DNA of 64,000 bases from Bacteroidia bacterium (GTDB taxonomy: Bacteria; Bacteroidota; Bacteroidia; Bacteroidales; VadinHA17): positions 64,001 to 128,000 of the forward strand of contig JAPLDX010000056.1 in the NCBI GenBank assembly GCA_026391215.1, in the 5' to 3' direction. Below, piece by piece: positions 48,087-59,423 of the stretch. Within the stretch, counting starts at the first letter, position 1. Each line of letters starts with the position of its first letter. A model generated the notes under the pieces. That model saw nothing but the letters and a program-made list of their open reading frames with translations, did not search any database and was not told the origin of the DNA. Made by a program: the position numbers and the translations under genes.

Positions 48087-50906
48087 TTATGCCTTCAGCT
48101 CCGGTTTAAGGAATATTCCTGTATAGCTGTCTTCAAATTCAGCCAGTTGCTCAGGTGATCCCGAAAATACAAGATTGCCACCTTCCTTACCGCCCTCTTT
48201 TCCAAGGTCAATAATATAGTCGGCCATCTTGATCACATCCATATTATGTTCAATCACGATAACCGTATTTCCCCTGTCTACAAGCCGGTTAAGCACATCC
48301 AGCAACACCCTTACATCTTCAAAATGGAGTCCGGTAGTCGGTTCATCAAGGATATAAAGTGTTTTTCCGGTATCACGGCGGGCAAGTTCTGTGGCAAGCT
48401 TTACACGCTGAGCTTCTCCTCCCGAGAGCGTTGTTGATTGCTGTCCCAGTGTAATATATCCGAGTCCGACATCCTTCAGGGTTTTGATCTTATGATAGAT
48501 AGAGGGAACATTGGCGAAAAATTCAACAGCCATATTTACTGTCATATCGAGGACATCGCTGATAGATTTCCCCTTATATTTTACTTCCAGTGTCTCCCGG
48601 TTGTAACGCTTGCCATTGCATTCACTGCAATGAACGTAAACATCAGGGAGGAAATTCATTTCAATAGTTTTCACACCGGCACCTTCACATCCCTCACATC
48701 TTCCTCCTTTTACATTAAATGAAAACCTTCCTGCTCCAAATCCGCGGATCTTTGCCTCGGTTGTCTGTTCAAAAAGCTTTCTGATATCAGTAAAAACACC
48801 TGTATAAGTCGCCGGATTTGATCTGGGAGTTTTCCCTATAGGCGATTGGCTGACTTCTATCACTTTATCAAGATGTTCAAGCCCTGCTATCTCCCTGTAA
48901 GGCAGAGGCGTTTTTCCGGAGTTATGGAAACGTCTTGCAAGCGCAGGATGAAGTGTCTGGTTTATCAGGGAGGATTTACCGCTTCCCGAGACCCCTGTCA
49001 CACAGATGAATGTACCGAGGGGTAAGACGACATCCACATTATTAAGGTTGTGCCCTGAAGCCCCTGTCATTACAAGGGATTTTCCGTTGCCGGTCCTTCG
49101 CTGTTCCGGAATATGGAATTTATTCCTGTTATTCAGAAATCCTGAAGTAAGTGTATCGCTGCTTTTAATTTCATCCGGTTTCCCCTCAGCCACTATAAGT
49201 CCTCCGTGAAGTCCCGCGCCTGGTCCCATATCTATTATATGATCGGCCGACAGGATCATTTCCCTGTCGTGCTCAACGACAATCACTGAATTACCGGAAT
49301 CCCTCAACTGCTTCAAGGCACGTATCAGGCGCCTGTTATCCCTCTGGTGAAGCCCTATGCTTGGTTCATCAAGTATATAAAGAACGTTAACCAGCTGTGA
49401 GCCAATCTGGGTGGCCAGCCTGATCCTCTGACTTTCGCCTCCTGAAAGGGTTCTGGCTCCCCTGTTAAGGGAAAGATAGTCAAGGCCCACTTCCAGGAGG
49501 AAACCAAGCCTTGCCCTTATCTCCTTAAGAATTTCTGCGGCTATCTGTTTCTGTTTTCCGGTAAGCTTATCCTCAACATTTTCAAGGAATACTGATAATT
49601 CCCTGATATCCATTGCTGACAGCTCACCGATATTCTTGCCTGCTATCCTGAAGAATAATGATTCTTTTTTTAGTCTTGTCCCATTGCATTCCGGGCAAAC
49701 ATTATATTGAATATATTGGTCTTTCAGCCTTGTCCCATTCTTCTTCCCGTTCATCGCCTCAAGGTTGCCAACAAAATTGACCACCCCTTCAAATGTCAGA
49801 AAATAATTTGATGTCATTCCCAGGGGAGTATTCGATAGCTTAAGAACCTCATCTGAGCCATAGAGAACCTTGTTCAGGGCGTCTTCAGGTATATCACTTA
49901 GCGGTGTGTCAAGAGTGAAGCCGTTCTTCTCGGCTATTGCCTCTATCTGCCAGAATATCCAGACATTCCTGTATTTACCGAGAGGTTCAATACCTCCTTT
50001 TCTGATGCTGAGGCTCCTGTCGGGAATAAGCTTCTTTTCATCAATACTTGATATTTCTCCAAGACCGTTGCAATGCGGGCACGCACCCTGCGGTGAGTTA
50101 AAGGAGAATGTATGAGGAGCAGGATCATTATATGAAATCCCTGTAACCGGACACATAAGATGGCGGCTGAAAAATCTGGGTTCATTGCTTTCACTTTCCA
50201 GAACCATCATTACTCCGTCACCCTGGTCAAGAGCCAACTGGACAGATTCCATGAGCCTTTTATCGGTTATATCGCCCACTCTGAATTTATCAATGACAAT
50301 CTCAATAAAATGGGTCTTATAACGATCCAACTTCATCCCGGGCTGGAGCTCCCTTATTTCATTGTTGATACGGACATGTAAAAATCCTTTTCTTCTCAGC
50401 TGTTCAAACAGTTCTTTATAATGTCCTTTCCTCCCTTTAACCACAGGCGCCAGAATATATACCTTTTTACCTGTAAAACGGTTCTTTACTAGTCCAATGA
50501 TCTGATCATCAGTGTATTTGACCATCTTTTCACCTGAGGCATGAGAGTAAGCGTCAGCCGCCCTTGCATACATTAATCTCAGGAAATCATATATTTCAGT
50601 TATAGTACCAACAGTAGAGCGGGGATTTTTATTTGTCGTTTTCTGCTCGATGGAAATAACCGGGCTCAAACCCGTAATTTTATCGACATCGGGGCGTTCC
50701 ATTCCTCCAAGGAACTGCCGTGCATAGGAAGAGAGGGTCTCCATATAACGGCGCTGGCCCTCAGCATATATTGTATCAAAAGCGAGAGATGATTTTCCGC
50801 TCCCGCTTAATCCGGTAATAACCACCAGTTTGTTTCGCGGGATCGTTACATCTATATCCTTAAGATTATGGACCCTGGCACCGAGGACTCTTATTTCTTC
50901 ACTCAT
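48087..50906 (-). CDS. uvrA: Excinuclease ABC subunit UvrA
   Basis: [22 protein letters not shown], zinc fingers, two LSGGE signatures. Confidence 0.98.
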   Translation of the reverse strand: MSEEIRVLGARVHNLKDIDVTIPRNKLVVITGLSGSGKSSLAFDTIYAEGQRRYMETLSSYARQFLGGMERPDVDKITGLSPVISIEQKTTNKNPRSTVGTITEIYDFLRLMYARAADAYSHASGEKMVKYTDDQIIGLVKNRFTGKKVYILAPVVKGRKGHYKELFEQLRRKGFLHVRINNEIRELQPGMKLDRYKTHFIEIVIDKFRVGDITDKRLMESVQLALDQGDGVMMVLESESNEPRFFSRHLMCPVTGISYNDPAPHTFSFNSPQGACPHCNGLGEISSIDEKKLIPDRSLSIRKGGIEPLGKYRNVWIFWQIEAIAEKNGFTLDTPLSDIPEDALNKVLYGSDEVLKLSNTPLGMTSNYFLTFEGVVNFVGNLEAMNGKKNGTRLKDQYIQYNVCPECNGTRLKKESLFFRIAGKNIGELSAMDIRELSVFLENVEDKLTGKQKQIAAEILKEIRARLGFLLEVGLDYLSLNRGARTLSGGESQRIRLATQIGSQLVNVLYILDEPSIGLHQRDNRRLIRALKQLRDSGNSVIVVEHDREMILSADHIIDMGPGAGLHGGLIVAEGKPDEIKSSDTLTSGFLNNRNKFHIPEQRRTGNGKSLVMTGASGHNLNNVDVVLPLGTFICVTGVSGSGKSSLINQTLHPALARRFHNSGKTPLPYREIAGLEHLDKVIEVSQSPIGKTPRSNPATYTGVFTDIRKLFEQTTEAKIRGFGAGRFSFNVKGGRCEGCEGAGVKTIEMNFLPDVYVHCSECNGKRYNRETLEVKYKGKSISDVLDMTVNMAVEFFANVPSIYHKIKTLKDVGLGYITLGQQSTTLSGGEAQRVKLATELARRDTGKTLYILDEPTTGLHFEDVRVLLDVLNRLVDRGNTVIVIEHNMDVIKMADYIIDLGKEGGKEGGNLVFSGSPEQLAEFEDSYTGIFLKPELKA

Positions 50907-50929
50907 CTTGACCCTCCACCATGATCTTA

Positions 50930-51889
50930 TCAGCTTTCAGGTTCCGGCTTTTCTGTATTTCTCATACCTTCTTCCGGGATCCTGATTATATATTCCTTAC
51001 TGGGTTTTGGTGTCAGATAAGGCTTCCTGAGCCATGGATTCAGTAGTTTAAGCATCTTATAGTTTGTGCCGAACTGCTCGGCAAACTTCGAAAAATTTGC
51101 GATTGCAGTATCAACTTTTACTTCCCGGCATTTCAGCTCTGGATACAGCTCATTCTCTTCAATGACGAATCCGTAGCTGGATGGATCTGATATGACAAGC
51201 TTATAGGCAACAGCCCTGAAAATATACCTGGCGGTCTCTTCTGACAACAGGAGATCATAATAATTGTTTTGTCCCTGAATTTCAATCTGTTCATCGATTG
51301 CAGCTCTCCCTCCGTTATATGATGCAGCTGCAAGCGTCCAGTTTCCGTATCTTTCATATGATTTCCTGAAATAGTCGCAAGCGAATTGAGTCGACTTTTC
51401 AACATCATAACGCTCGTCTATTACGGAGTTGATTTCCATTCCCTGCTCTATGCCCGTTGCCTGCATGATCTGCCAGAAACCGGTAGCTCCGGCCGGTGAT
51501 ATCATATTACTGTATTCGCTTTCAGCTGCTGCCAGATACTTGAAATCATCCGGTATATCATTCTTCCTGAGTATCTTCTCAATTACAGGGAGATAACGGT
51601 TTGCCCTTTTGATTATAAGTATTGTTGAGGAATGGCGGTATGCGCTTGTAAGAATTTCTCGTTCCAGGCTTTCCCGTGTATCGAAATTTTCAAGCGGCAT
51701 CTTTTCACCTGCAAAGGTCACAGTTTCGGGTAGCTTGTAAGGCTTGTTCAAATAGGTTGTATCTGCCTGGCCCTTCAGTTGTGAAGAATTTCCTGATCCC
51801 TTAAAGCTCTGTGTGACTGAAAGAACAATAATTACTATTCCAGCCAGGATCAGGGCTGCAAGAATTGTTTTCCTGTTAAAATATATCAT
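50930..51889 (-). CDS. Lytic transglycosylase (SLT/MltD-like)
   Basis: [35 protein letters not shown]. Confidence 0.9.
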   Translation of the reverse strand: MIYFNRKTILAALILAGIVIIVLSVTQSFKGSGNSSQLKGQADTTYLNKPYKLPETVTFAGEKMPLENFDTRESLEREILTSAYRHSSTILIIKRANRYLPVIEKILRKNDIPDDFKYLAAAESEYSNMISPAGATGFWQIMQATGIEQGMEINSVIDERYDVEKSTQFACDYFRKSYERYGNWTLAAASYNGGRAAIDEQIEIQGQNNYYDLLLSEETARYIFRAVAYKLVISDPSSYGFVIEENELYPELKCREVKVDTAIANFSKFAEQFGTNYKMLKLLNPWLRKPYLTPKPSKEYIIRIPEEGMRNTEKPEPES

Positions 51890-51997
51890 TAATATCGGGG
51901 TATTTAGAAATAATGTGCAAAGGTAATATTTTTATACCTGATAAATAATTTCAGGATATCCAAAATGAAAAAGAATCTCAATCTGATCCGGGAAATT

Positions 51998-53308
51998 TCA
52001 GAATTTGTAGGAAATACCCGAGAAGACGCCGAATGAATACGGATGGATTCTCATACCGGGTATATCATTGAAAGGATTGATATAATATCTGAATGTTGGT
52101 TCGAGGTTCAGAGAAAGGTTATTGGAAAAATTGTATTCCATACCCATTCCCAGGGAACTGCTGAATGTAATCAGATTCATTCCATCAGTTGTTCCAATAT
52201 CTTTTCTGCTGCCACCTTTTGAAGCATAAACTGAATTATTAACCAGCAGGTTTGATGATAATCCTCCTATAATGTTAAAATCCAGAGCCTTGTCAACAAT
52301 TTTATATCTCAGGATGACCGGCAGTTCAAGATAGTTGAAGCTCTGACGGATTGAATTGTCAAGGTATGTAAGACCTGCCTTTTCCGCATCAAATATATTG
52401 ATATTGTAGTCGGTCCGGATTCTGTCAGCAGACAGACCATCGGTAAGAAAGATATCAGTATTGTTGGTCAGCACTGTTCCGTTCGAGGTAAGCACTTCAA
52501 AGGTAGGGTTCCCTTTTGTGTAAAAGAACTGTTCAAAACCGCTATAAGCTGAAATACCTGACAGCTCTTTCCCGATTGATGAATAGTAAAAACCTGATTG
52601 TATGCTGAATCTCTTACTGATCTTATAAGCTAAAGTAACACCACCGGAATATGAAACTACCATCTGCTCAGAAGACATCGCCTGTGAAACAGCTTCATTT
52701 TCCCCTGAACTGAACCGTGACTGATAGGTTGGTGAAAGCAATGCGGAAATTGACCATCTGTTGAGCTGTTTTCGGCTTGTATTATCCAGAGCATCTAATG
52801 AGTTCTCTTCTTTAATATCTATGTAACCCGTTTTGCCATAATTCAAAGCCAGCGGACCTGCAGATCTGGCTGTATTATCTGCCAGTTTACCTGATCCCGG
52901 GTCACTTTCAAAATCTCTTACAGTAGCAATAATATTGGAGGTATTGACTGGAGTAACAACCTGATTTCCCTGAAGGGAGGTTCTGGAATAAAGCTGCTGG
53001 TTTTGTGAAATTTCATTATCAGCACGATTAACGTAAGCGAGTATCTGCGAAGGGGCAACAGATTCCGGATTAAGTGCGATAACAGGATTTTCGAGATTTG
53101 ACGATATCTCCATGCTGTATTTGTATGCTACAATTCCCAGTGAAACTATAACGGCGAATGTAGCTGCAGCTCTCAGAATAACTAACGGCCTCTGCTTCTT
53201 CCTGATCACAGGTTGAATATTACTCCATACATCCTGTGGAGGAAGCACTTCATAATCTTTCAGCCCGTTCCTGAAAACAATGTCAATATTTACCCCTCTG
53301 TCATCCAT
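51998..53308 (-). CDS. Putative dual-membrane-spanning anti-sigma factor with C-terminal outer-membrane beta-barrel
   Basis: N-terminal DIVFRNGL...PPQDVWSNI anti-sigma-like segment, one TM helix, low-complexity linker, YLELPV barrel motif, terminal YKF; overlaps the ECF stop. Confidence 0.78.
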   Translation of the reverse strand: MDDRGVNIDIVFRNGLKDYEVLPPQDVWSNIQPVIRKKQRPLVILRAAATFAVIVSLGIVAYKYSMEISSNLENPVIALNPESVAPSQILAYVNRADNEISQNQQLYSRTSLQGNQVVTPVNTSNIIATVRDFESDPGSGKLADNTARSAGPLALNYGKTGYIDIKEENSLDALDNTSRKQLNRWSISALLSPTYQSRFSSGENEAVSQAMSSEQMVVSYSGGVTLAYKISKRFSIQSGFYYSSIGKELSGISAYSGFEQFFYTKGNPTFEVLTSNGTVLTNNTDIFLTDGLSADRIRTDYNINIFDAEKAGLTYLDNSIRQSFNYLELPVILRYKIVDKALDFNIIGGLSSNLLVNNSVYASKGGSRKDIGTTDGMNLITFSSSLGMGMEYNFSNNLSLNLEPTFRYYINPFNDIPGMRIHPYSFGVFSGISYKF

Positions 53309-53861
53309 TCAACAATTTCTTCTTATGTCCTGTATATGATCCCACTCTCCTCTGGAGAATTGCTCTCGCGCGGGAGAGGTTCGACTTTGAGGTTCCCTCT
53401 GATATATTAACCATCTTGCTTATCTCCTTATGTGAATAGCCTTCAATTGCAAAAAGGTTAAATACCATTCTGTATTTCGGAGGGAGTTCCCTGATAATTT
53501 CCAGAAGATCAACAGCCTGGAGACCTGAATAATCTTCGTTATCCGGATCAGCATCCAGTTCAGGGATATCGTCAATATCGTCAACCCTGTACAGGTTGTG
53601 CCTGGCCCTGTATTTTTCCAGTGCCGTATTGACTATTATCCTGCGGATCCAACCTTCAAAGGAACCCTCGTACTTGTAGTTAGCAAGATTTTCAAAGATC
53701 TTTATAAATCCCTCCTGCAAGATATCCCTCGCCTCTTCATCGTTGCCTGAATACTGAAGGCACACAGCATACAGCCTTGCCGCATGCCGTCTGTACAGAA
53801 GCTCCTGATCTCTTCTGTCACCTTTAAGACAACCGCTGATGATATTTTTAATCTCTGACAA
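53301..53861 (-). CDS. ECF RNA polymerase sigma-70 factor
   Basis: DILQEGFIKIF, SFEGWIRRI, LPPKYRMVF, GYSHKEIS, GTSKSNLSRAR. Confidence 0.95.
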   Translation of the reverse strand: MSEIKNIISGCLKGDRRDQELLYRRHAARLYAVCLQYSGNDEEARDILQEGFIKIFENLANYKYEGSFEGWIRRIIVNTALEKYRARHNLYRVDDIDDIPELDADPDNEDYSGLQAVDLLEIIRELPPKYRMVFNLFAIEGYSHKEISKMVNISEGTSKSNLSRARAILQRRVGSYTGHKKKLLNG

Positions 53862-53933
53862 AGCTTTATGGACCTATAAGAGTATAAAAATACAAAGAAA
53901 TTGTCTTAAAACCCAAAATTCAGGTATAAGATT

Positions 53934-53959
53934 GATGAATAAACCCTTAAAAAGGTTGC
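53934..53959 (-). promoter_or_regulatory. Candidate autoregulatory ECF promoter
   Basis: Minus-strand GCAACC-N16-CATC upstream of the sigma gene resembles the AAC / CGT(C) ECF pattern. Confidence 0.4.
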
Positions 53960-53965
53960 TTTTTG

Positions 53966-55357
53966 TTATAAATGAATCACCTCCCCGTAGGCTGCTGCCG
54001 CAGCCTCCATTATTGCTTCCGACATTGTAGGATGGGGATGAACAGCTTTTATTATCTCATGGGCCGTAGTTTCAAGCTTCCTGGCAACGACGATCTCTGA
54101 GATCATCTCCGTCACATTTGCTCCTATCATATGAGCTCCGAGCAATTCTCCATATTCAGCATCGAATATAAGCTTAATAAAGCCATCCTTTGAACCTGAT
54201 GCGCTGGCTTTACCTGAGGCGGTAAACGGGAATTTTCCGACCTTTAGCTCATATCCTGCCTCCCTGGCAGCGGCTTCTGTAAGGCCAACCGATGCAATTT
54301 CCGGATTTGTATAGGTACAGGCCGGAACATTCTTATAATCGAGCGGCTCCACATTTATTCCCGCCATCTTTTCAACACAGGTTATCCCCTCGGCTGATGC
54401 GACATGGGCCAATGCCGGACCATGAACAATATCTCCTATGGCAAATAAACCCGGAACTGAGGTGCGGTAGTATTCATCAACCGTCACTTTCCCTTCGTCG
54501 GTCTTAACTCCGGCTTTTTCAAGTCCAATACCTTCAATATTAGTGGTGATGCCGACAGCTGACAGAACTATATCTGCCTCCGTCGTCTCAATACCCTTAG
54601 GTGTCTTTATTGTCACCAGACATTTCTCCTTTGAGGTATCAACAGATTCCACTGATGAACCTGTCATGATCTTCATCCTAAGCTTTTTAAATGACCGTTC
54701 AAGCTGTTTCGATACCTCTTCATCCTCATTCGGGACTAACCGCGGAAGGAACTCAACCAGCGTCACTTCCGTTCCTATGGCCTGGTAGAAATTAGCAAAT
54801 TCACTTCCAATTGCACCGGAACCAACAACAACCATTGAGGCTGGCTGTTTCGAAAGAGTCATTGCCTCCCGGTAACCGATGATCTTTTTACCGTCCTGTT
54901 TCAGGTTCGGCAGCTCTTTGGACCGTGCACCTGTAGCCAGAATTATGTTCTTTGCACCCAGGCTTGTTTTTTTGCCCTCTGCATCTTCAACTTCAACGGA
55001 ATTATTCCCGGATAAGCGTCCAAATCCCCAGATATGTGTTATGTTATTTTTCTTAAAGAGAAACTGAATCCCCTTGCTCATACCATCAGCAACACTACGG
55101 CTGCGTGCAATGATTGCTCCGAAATCAGCTTTCACTTGCCCTCCCACTGTGATACCGTAATCTGATGCATGATTCAGATATTCGAATACCCGGGCACTCT
55201 TCAACAGGGATTTCGTCGGTATACATCCCCAGTTGAGGCAGATGCCTCCCAGTTCAGCTTTCTCAATAACTGCAACCTTCATTTTCAATTGCGAAGCCCT
55301 TATTGCTGCTACATAGCCACCCGGGCCGCTTCCTATTACTACAAGATCGTAATCCAT
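53966..55357 (-). CDS. lpdA: Dihydrolipoyl dehydrogenase
   Basis: GSGPGGY, GGICLNWGCIPTK, HPHPTMSE. Confidence 0.97.
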   Translation of the reverse strand: MDYDLVVIGSGPGGYVAAIRASQLKMKVAVIEKAELGGICLNWGCIPTKSLLKSARVFEYLNHASDYGITVGGQVKADFGAIIARSRSVADGMSKGIQFLFKKNNITHIWGFGRLSGNNSVEVEDAEGKKTSLGAKNIILATGARSKELPNLKQDGKKIIGYREAMTLSKQPASMVVVGSGAIGSEFANFYQAIGTEVTLVEFLPRLVPNEDEEVSKQLERSFKKLRMKIMTGSSVESVDTSKEKCLVTIKTPKGIETTEADIVLSAVGITTNIEGIGLEKAGVKTDEGKVTVDEYYRTSVPGLFAIGDIVHGPALAHVASAEGITCVEKMAGINVEPLDYKNVPACTYTNPEIASVGLTEAAAREAGYELKVGKFPFTASGKASASGSKDGFIKLIFDAEYGELLGAHMIGANVTEMISEIVVARKLETTAHEIIKAVHPHPTMSEAIMEAAAAAYGEVIHL

Positions 55358-55376
55358 ATTTGTTATTAGTTATTAG

Positions 55377-56252
55377 TTATTTGTCATTGGTTATCAGTGA
55401 TTTATCTTCCACGTCTTGTGTCGTGCGTCGTGCATCTTTCTTACCACTCCTGATCATCTGATAAATAATCTTTACAATAGCCCATATTAATACAAGGGTA
55501 AAGATGATTGTTGCCCCAACCGGTATTCCTGCATAATAGGAGATCACATAACCAGCAGCTATCCCGACAAATCCAGAAAGGATTGACCAGACAATTATTC
55601 TGGAATAGACCCTGGTGAAAATCATAGCTATATTGGGAGGAATGGTCAGCAGTGAAAGTACAAGGATGACGCCGGCCATTCTTATATTCAATACGATTGT
55701 AAGTGCAATCAGGGCTGTTGTAATATATTTAAAGGTATTTACATAAGGCGAATAGGTTCTTGCAAATGACTCATCGTAAGAGATATAGAGGATTGTACGG
55801 TAGAAAATGCTGAAGTATAGAATCAGGATCACTGACATGATCCCGAGTGCAATGATATCGGCATTGGTGACTGTAAGGATGCTGCCAAAAAGATAGCTCA
55901 TTAGGTTGGGAGAATAACCGGGAGTAAGATATATGAAGATAATTCCTATTGCCATTCCGAAAGCCCAAAGTATGCCAATAGCCGAATCTTCCCTGATCTT
56001 TTGTTTTATAGACATGTATTCTACTCCAAGGGCTGAAAGTATCCCGAAAATTGCAGCTCCGACCACCGGATTGAATCCGGCAAAATAACCGATGCCTATT
56101 CCTCCGAAAGAAGCATGTGTGATCCCTCCGCTGAGAAAGACCATCCTTCTGGAGACAATATATGTCCCTGCAAGCCCCGCTGTTATGCTGGCAAATACCG
56201 CTCCAAGCAGCCCTTTAATGATAAAATCATATTGAAAAATACTGCCTTCCAA
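55377..56252 (-). CDS. znuB: Metal (Zn/Mn) ABC transporter permease, ZnuB-like
   Basis: GGITHASFGG, YLFGSIL, multiple TM helices. Confidence 0.88.
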   Translation of the reverse strand: MEGSIFQYDFIIKGLLGAVFASITAGLAGTYIVSRRMVFLSGGITHASFGGIGIGYFAGFNPVVGAAIFGILSALGVEYMSIKQKIREDSAIGILWAFGMAIGIIFIYLTPGYSPNLMSYLFGSILTVTNADIIALGIMSVILILYFSIFYRTILYISYDESFARTYSPYVNTFKYITTALIALTIVLNIRMAGVILVLSLLTIPPNIAMIFTRVYSRIIVWSILSGFVGIAAGYVISYYAGIPVGATIIFTLVLIWAIVKIIYQMIRSGKKDARRTTQDVEDKSLITNDK

Positions 56253-56999
56253 TCAATTGTGAGTTTTAAGTACTGTATGAGGAACCTCTCCATGAGTGAT
56301 AAGCTGAATGGGACACCCATAAGCAAGAAGCTGTTCATTGGTTATCTCTGACGATGGATGATAATGAAGTCCCATATTGACACATGCATATGATTTCACA
56401 TGAGATGAGATCATTCCTATATCATGAGATACCATCAGGATTGCCATGCGCTTGTTCAGGTCGCGTAACTTATCATAAAAATCCTTTTCAAAATTTGAAT
56501 CGACAAAATTGCCAGGCTCATCAAGAAGCAGCAATTTAGGATCGCCTATTATTGCCCGGCCAAGAAAAACCCTCTGCAGCTGCCCTCCTGACAATTCATT
56601 CAACGATGACCGGGCCATCCTGGAAAGTCCAAGCTCCCCGATTACCTCTGCTGCCCTTTTCTTATCGGATGATGACATTCTCGAAATGATCTTTTTGCGT
56701 ATCATCATCCCTGAAAGTATAACATCCGTGACCGTCAGCGGGTAGCTAACATCTCCGGTGGATATCTGGGGCAGGTAACCGATGCTCTTACCGTCAACAA
56801 GATCTTTATTAAAAACCAGTTCCCCGCTGACCGGCTTAACTAATCCCAATATCACTTTAAGAAGCGTTGTCTTTCCTCCTCCGTTCGGGCCAATCACCCC
56901 TATGAAATCGCTTTCATTTACACTGAAATTGACATCCCGGAGCGCGAAACCGGAACCATAAGAAACTGAAACAGAATGCATTTCAAACAGGCACGACAT
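56253..56999 (-). CDS. znuC: Metal ABC transporter ATP-binding protein, ZnuC-like
   Basis: GPNGGGKTT, LSGGQ, LLLDEP, VSHD, His-rich tail. Confidence 0.88.
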   Translation of the reverse strand: MSCLFEMHSVSVSYGSGFALRDVNFSVNESDFIGVIGPNGGGKTTLLKVILGLVKPVSGELVFNKDLVDGKSIGYLPQISTGDVSYPLTVTDVILSGMMIRKKIISRMSSSDKKRAAEVIGELGLSRMARSSLNELSGGQLQRVFLGRAIIGDPKLLLLDEPGNFVDSNFEKDFYDKLRDLNKRMAILMVSHDIGMISSHVKSYACVNMGLHYHPSSEITNEQLLAYGCPIQLITHGEVPHTVLKTHN

Positions 57000-57003
57000 G
57001 ACT

Positions 57004-57870
57004 TTAATTTTCAGTAAAACTCTTATGCAATTCGGTAATTATTTCCTCTGTTGTTGTCAGCCACTTTTCCGACAGCGGATCAATGACTGTAATTGTAGCG
57101 CCAATCTCTGTTGCTATTGCCCTGGCATTCCTGCTGTCATATTCTTTCTGAACAAAGATCGTTGAAATATTTTCTTCCCTGGCCAGATCGATCAGCTCTT
57201 TCAGTCTGGAAGGCGGGGGTTCTTTTCCTTCGTACTCCACAGGAACTTCAACAAGGCCGTAATCCCTTGCCAGGTATCCAAGATTGGGGTGATAAATCAT
57301 AAATGATCTCCCTTTATCTCCCTGGAAGAGAGACGTGGCCATGCTGTCAATCCCGGTGATCTTTGAAAAAAGTATATTGTAATTTGACTCATATTTCTGC
57401 TTTTGGGCAGGATTAAGGCTGCAAAGAAGATCTTTTACCGATGAAGCCATAATTTTTGCACATTTAGGTGATACCCAGTAATGAGGATCAGCTCCCTCCT
57501 CATGACCGTCTTCATGCTGATGCCCTAAAGTTATCAGATTGATCTTATTACCAAGGGATATCTTTATCATTGTTTTATTGATCTCATAAAACCTGTCAAG
57601 CCATGTTTCTTCAAATCCCAGGAATCCATTGCTTATATAGGCTTCTGATCTCCGCAGTTTGCTTATCTGCTCCGGATATGGTTCATAAATATGGGGATTG
57701 GATCCTGGGGGAACCATAATGTTAACCGTGAAATCATCACCTGCTATCTCCTCAATAAAATATTTATATGGCGCAATGCTTACGGTGATCATACCCTTTT
57801 CGGTTCCGGAAGGGTCATGCCTGCATGAAATGATACCAATCAGCAAAATAATTGTAAACCACTTTTTCAT
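57004..57870 (-). CDS. znuA: Metal ABC transporter substrate-binding lipoprotein, ZnuA-like
   Basis: Lipobox IISC; NPHIYEP, His-rich loop, DPHYWVSP, YHP, EGKEP, DPL. Confidence 0.88.
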   Translation of the reverse strand: MKKWFTIILLIGIISCRHDPSGTEKGMITVSIAPYKYFIEEIAGDDFTVNIMVPPGSNPHIYEPYPEQISKLRRSEAYISNGFLGFEETWLDRFYEINKTMIKISLGNKINLITLGHQHEDGHEEGADPHYWVSPKCAKIMASSVKDLLCSLNPAQKQKYESNYNILFSKITGIDSMATSLFQGDKGRSFMIYHPNLGYLARDYGLVEVPVEYEGKEPPPSRLKELIDLAREENISTIFVQKEYDSRNARAIATEIGATITVIDPLSEKWLTTTEEIITELHKSFTEN

Positions 57871-57984
57871 AACATTGAAAATTCCCGGGGGCATACAAAT
57901 TTAACATATAACAGAACAAAAGGTTTATGTGTTGCAAATAAAATAATATACACTATTTTTGAGTATGATAACTGGTACGGCCGG

Positions 57985-58479
57985 ATGAAGAATAAAGGAG
58001 AGATACTTGCAGCAATCCTGCGAGATTTTAAAAACTGCTATTTTTTCCTCCATAACACAAAAGAATTCGCTGTCGTTGAAAAGATAATGAATGAAGGATT
58101 CATTTTTGAGAGCCAGCTGCCTCATTCTACAGACCGTATCAATCCCAACGAACCAATAGAGGTTACATATTTCCTTTTTCAGCGGAAGGATTACGGATTA
58201 TATACCATAATTATTGCCATTCCGAAATCCACGTATGAAATCTATTCGGATGTATCAAACAAGAATGATACAGGGATAGAGGAAGTTATGACCATTACTG
58301 ATCCATATTATGGTGATAATGACGAATTGATCTATACGACTTCGCCAAAACATATCCTTGGCTATTTTAACATCCGGACTGCGGAGTTCTTCAGTAATAA
58401 GAACTGGGACCCTTCATTCAACAATAATCTTTTAAGGCCGCCGGCGAAGAGACCGGCAAAACCCGATAAGCTTCTCTGA
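57985..58479 (+). CDS. Hypothetical cytoplasmic protein (possible ADP-ribosyltransferase-like fold)
   Basis: Plausible 164-aa ORF divergent from znuA; LHNT...IMNEGF and SPKHILGYF patterns. Confidence 0.65.
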   Translation: MKNKGEILAAILRDFKNCYFFLHNTKEFAVVEKIMNEGFIFESQLPHSTDRINPNEPIEVTYFLFQRKDYGLYTIIIAIPKSTYEIYSDVSNKNDTGIEEVMTITDPYYGDNDELIYTTSPKHILGYFNIRTAEFFSNKNWDPSFNNNLLRPPAKRPAKPDKLL

Positions 58480-58524
58480 TCTTATTGTACCTTAGGAACG
58501 TTTAGACCTTTTTATTGCTATTAC

Positions 58525-58563
58525 AAAAAAAAATGAGGCCGTCCCCCTTATACGGCCTCATTT
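58525..58563 (-). terminator. Rho-independent terminator
   Basis: Stem aaatgaggccgt / acggcctcattt with an adjacent A9 run (U-tract on the minus strand), 13 bp after the stop at 58577. Confidence 0.8.
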
Positions 58564-58576
58564 CCAGGAATGATAT

Positions 58577-59293
58577 CTAGTATGTCTTGAGCGATATCGT
58601 AAAGAATCCCGTTGCTTTTGAAGAGCTTATTTCAAATTTCCATGCACCTGTCTTATCCTGATTTTCCGTTTCGGAGATATTAAATGATTTCCTCCAGTGC
58701 AGGTTGCCGAATTCATCGATTATGATATCCGAATAGGTTTTACCGTTCGGCATTATGATCTTAATTTGTATTTCACCTGATTTACAGTCGCCATTAACTG
58801 ACATTTCGACTGAATTTATCGTAGTTTCCACATCAAAAGTATAGTCACGGGAAAAAGTTGTTTCTTTTACAGACTTTGAGAAATCCCATGAAGTTCTTTC
58901 AGAATCACCCATGTCAAATGGATTTGAATGAGAGAAGATATCAACTCCGGGAGCAACAATATAAGACTCACCATTATTATAATATGACCTATTTCTTCCA
59001 AGATCTTCATAGATCCTGAAAGCCTTGCGGAAATCGGTCGAATCATTCCATTGTAACTTGTAATTTTTCATGGCTTCATCGATCTCAATTTTCTGTTCCT
59101 CGAAAACCTTCTGCAATTCCTCCTGGGCTTTCTTCTGTTCCGCCATGGCTTTCTTCTGCTCTTTTATGGCTTCCTGGATTTGTAATTCCTTTTCCTTCTC
59201 CTCGCTGGACTTTTCCTGGGCATTTATCCCCTGGAAAGAAGTACCGACAATAAGCAGGAAAATCATCGATAATATTAAACTGCTCTTTTTCAT
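58577..59293 (-). CDS. Hypothetical secreted protein with coiled coil and C-terminal beta-sandwich
   Basis: MKKSSLILSMIFLLIVGTSFQGINA signal peptide; EQKK-rich helix; GAWKFEI C-terminus. Confidence 0.75.
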   Translation of the reverse strand: MKKSSLILSMIFLLIVGTSFQGINAQEKSSEEKEKELQIQEAIKEQKKAMAEQKKAQEELQKVFEEQKIEIDEAMKNYKLQWNDSTDFRKAFRIYEDLGRNRSYYNNGESYIVAPGVDIFSHSNPFDMGDSERTSWDFSKSVKETTFSRDYTFDVETTINSVEMSVNGDCKSGEIQIKIIMPNGKTYSDIIIDEFGNLHWRKSFNISETENQDKTGAWKFEISSSKATGFFTISLKTY

Positions 59294-59352
59294 GACTGCC
59301 TGAGTTTTATTATTTATCAATTCAAAGATAGTACCACAAACAACCCGATTCT

Positions 59353-59381
59353 GTTAATGAAGGGTTAATGCAGAGTTAATG
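59353..59381. promoter_or_regulatory. Triple GTTAATG direct repeat at 11-bp spacing; probable OmpR/PhoB-type operator
   Basis: GTTAATG starts at 59353, 59364 and 59375, between the divergent secreted-protein gene and the HK/RR operon; minus-strand TATCTTTG -7 element at 59323-59330. Confidence 0.7.
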
Positions 59382-59423
59382 TTTTGAATGGTACATCAGC
59401 CTATTGACAAAAATTGAATACTT

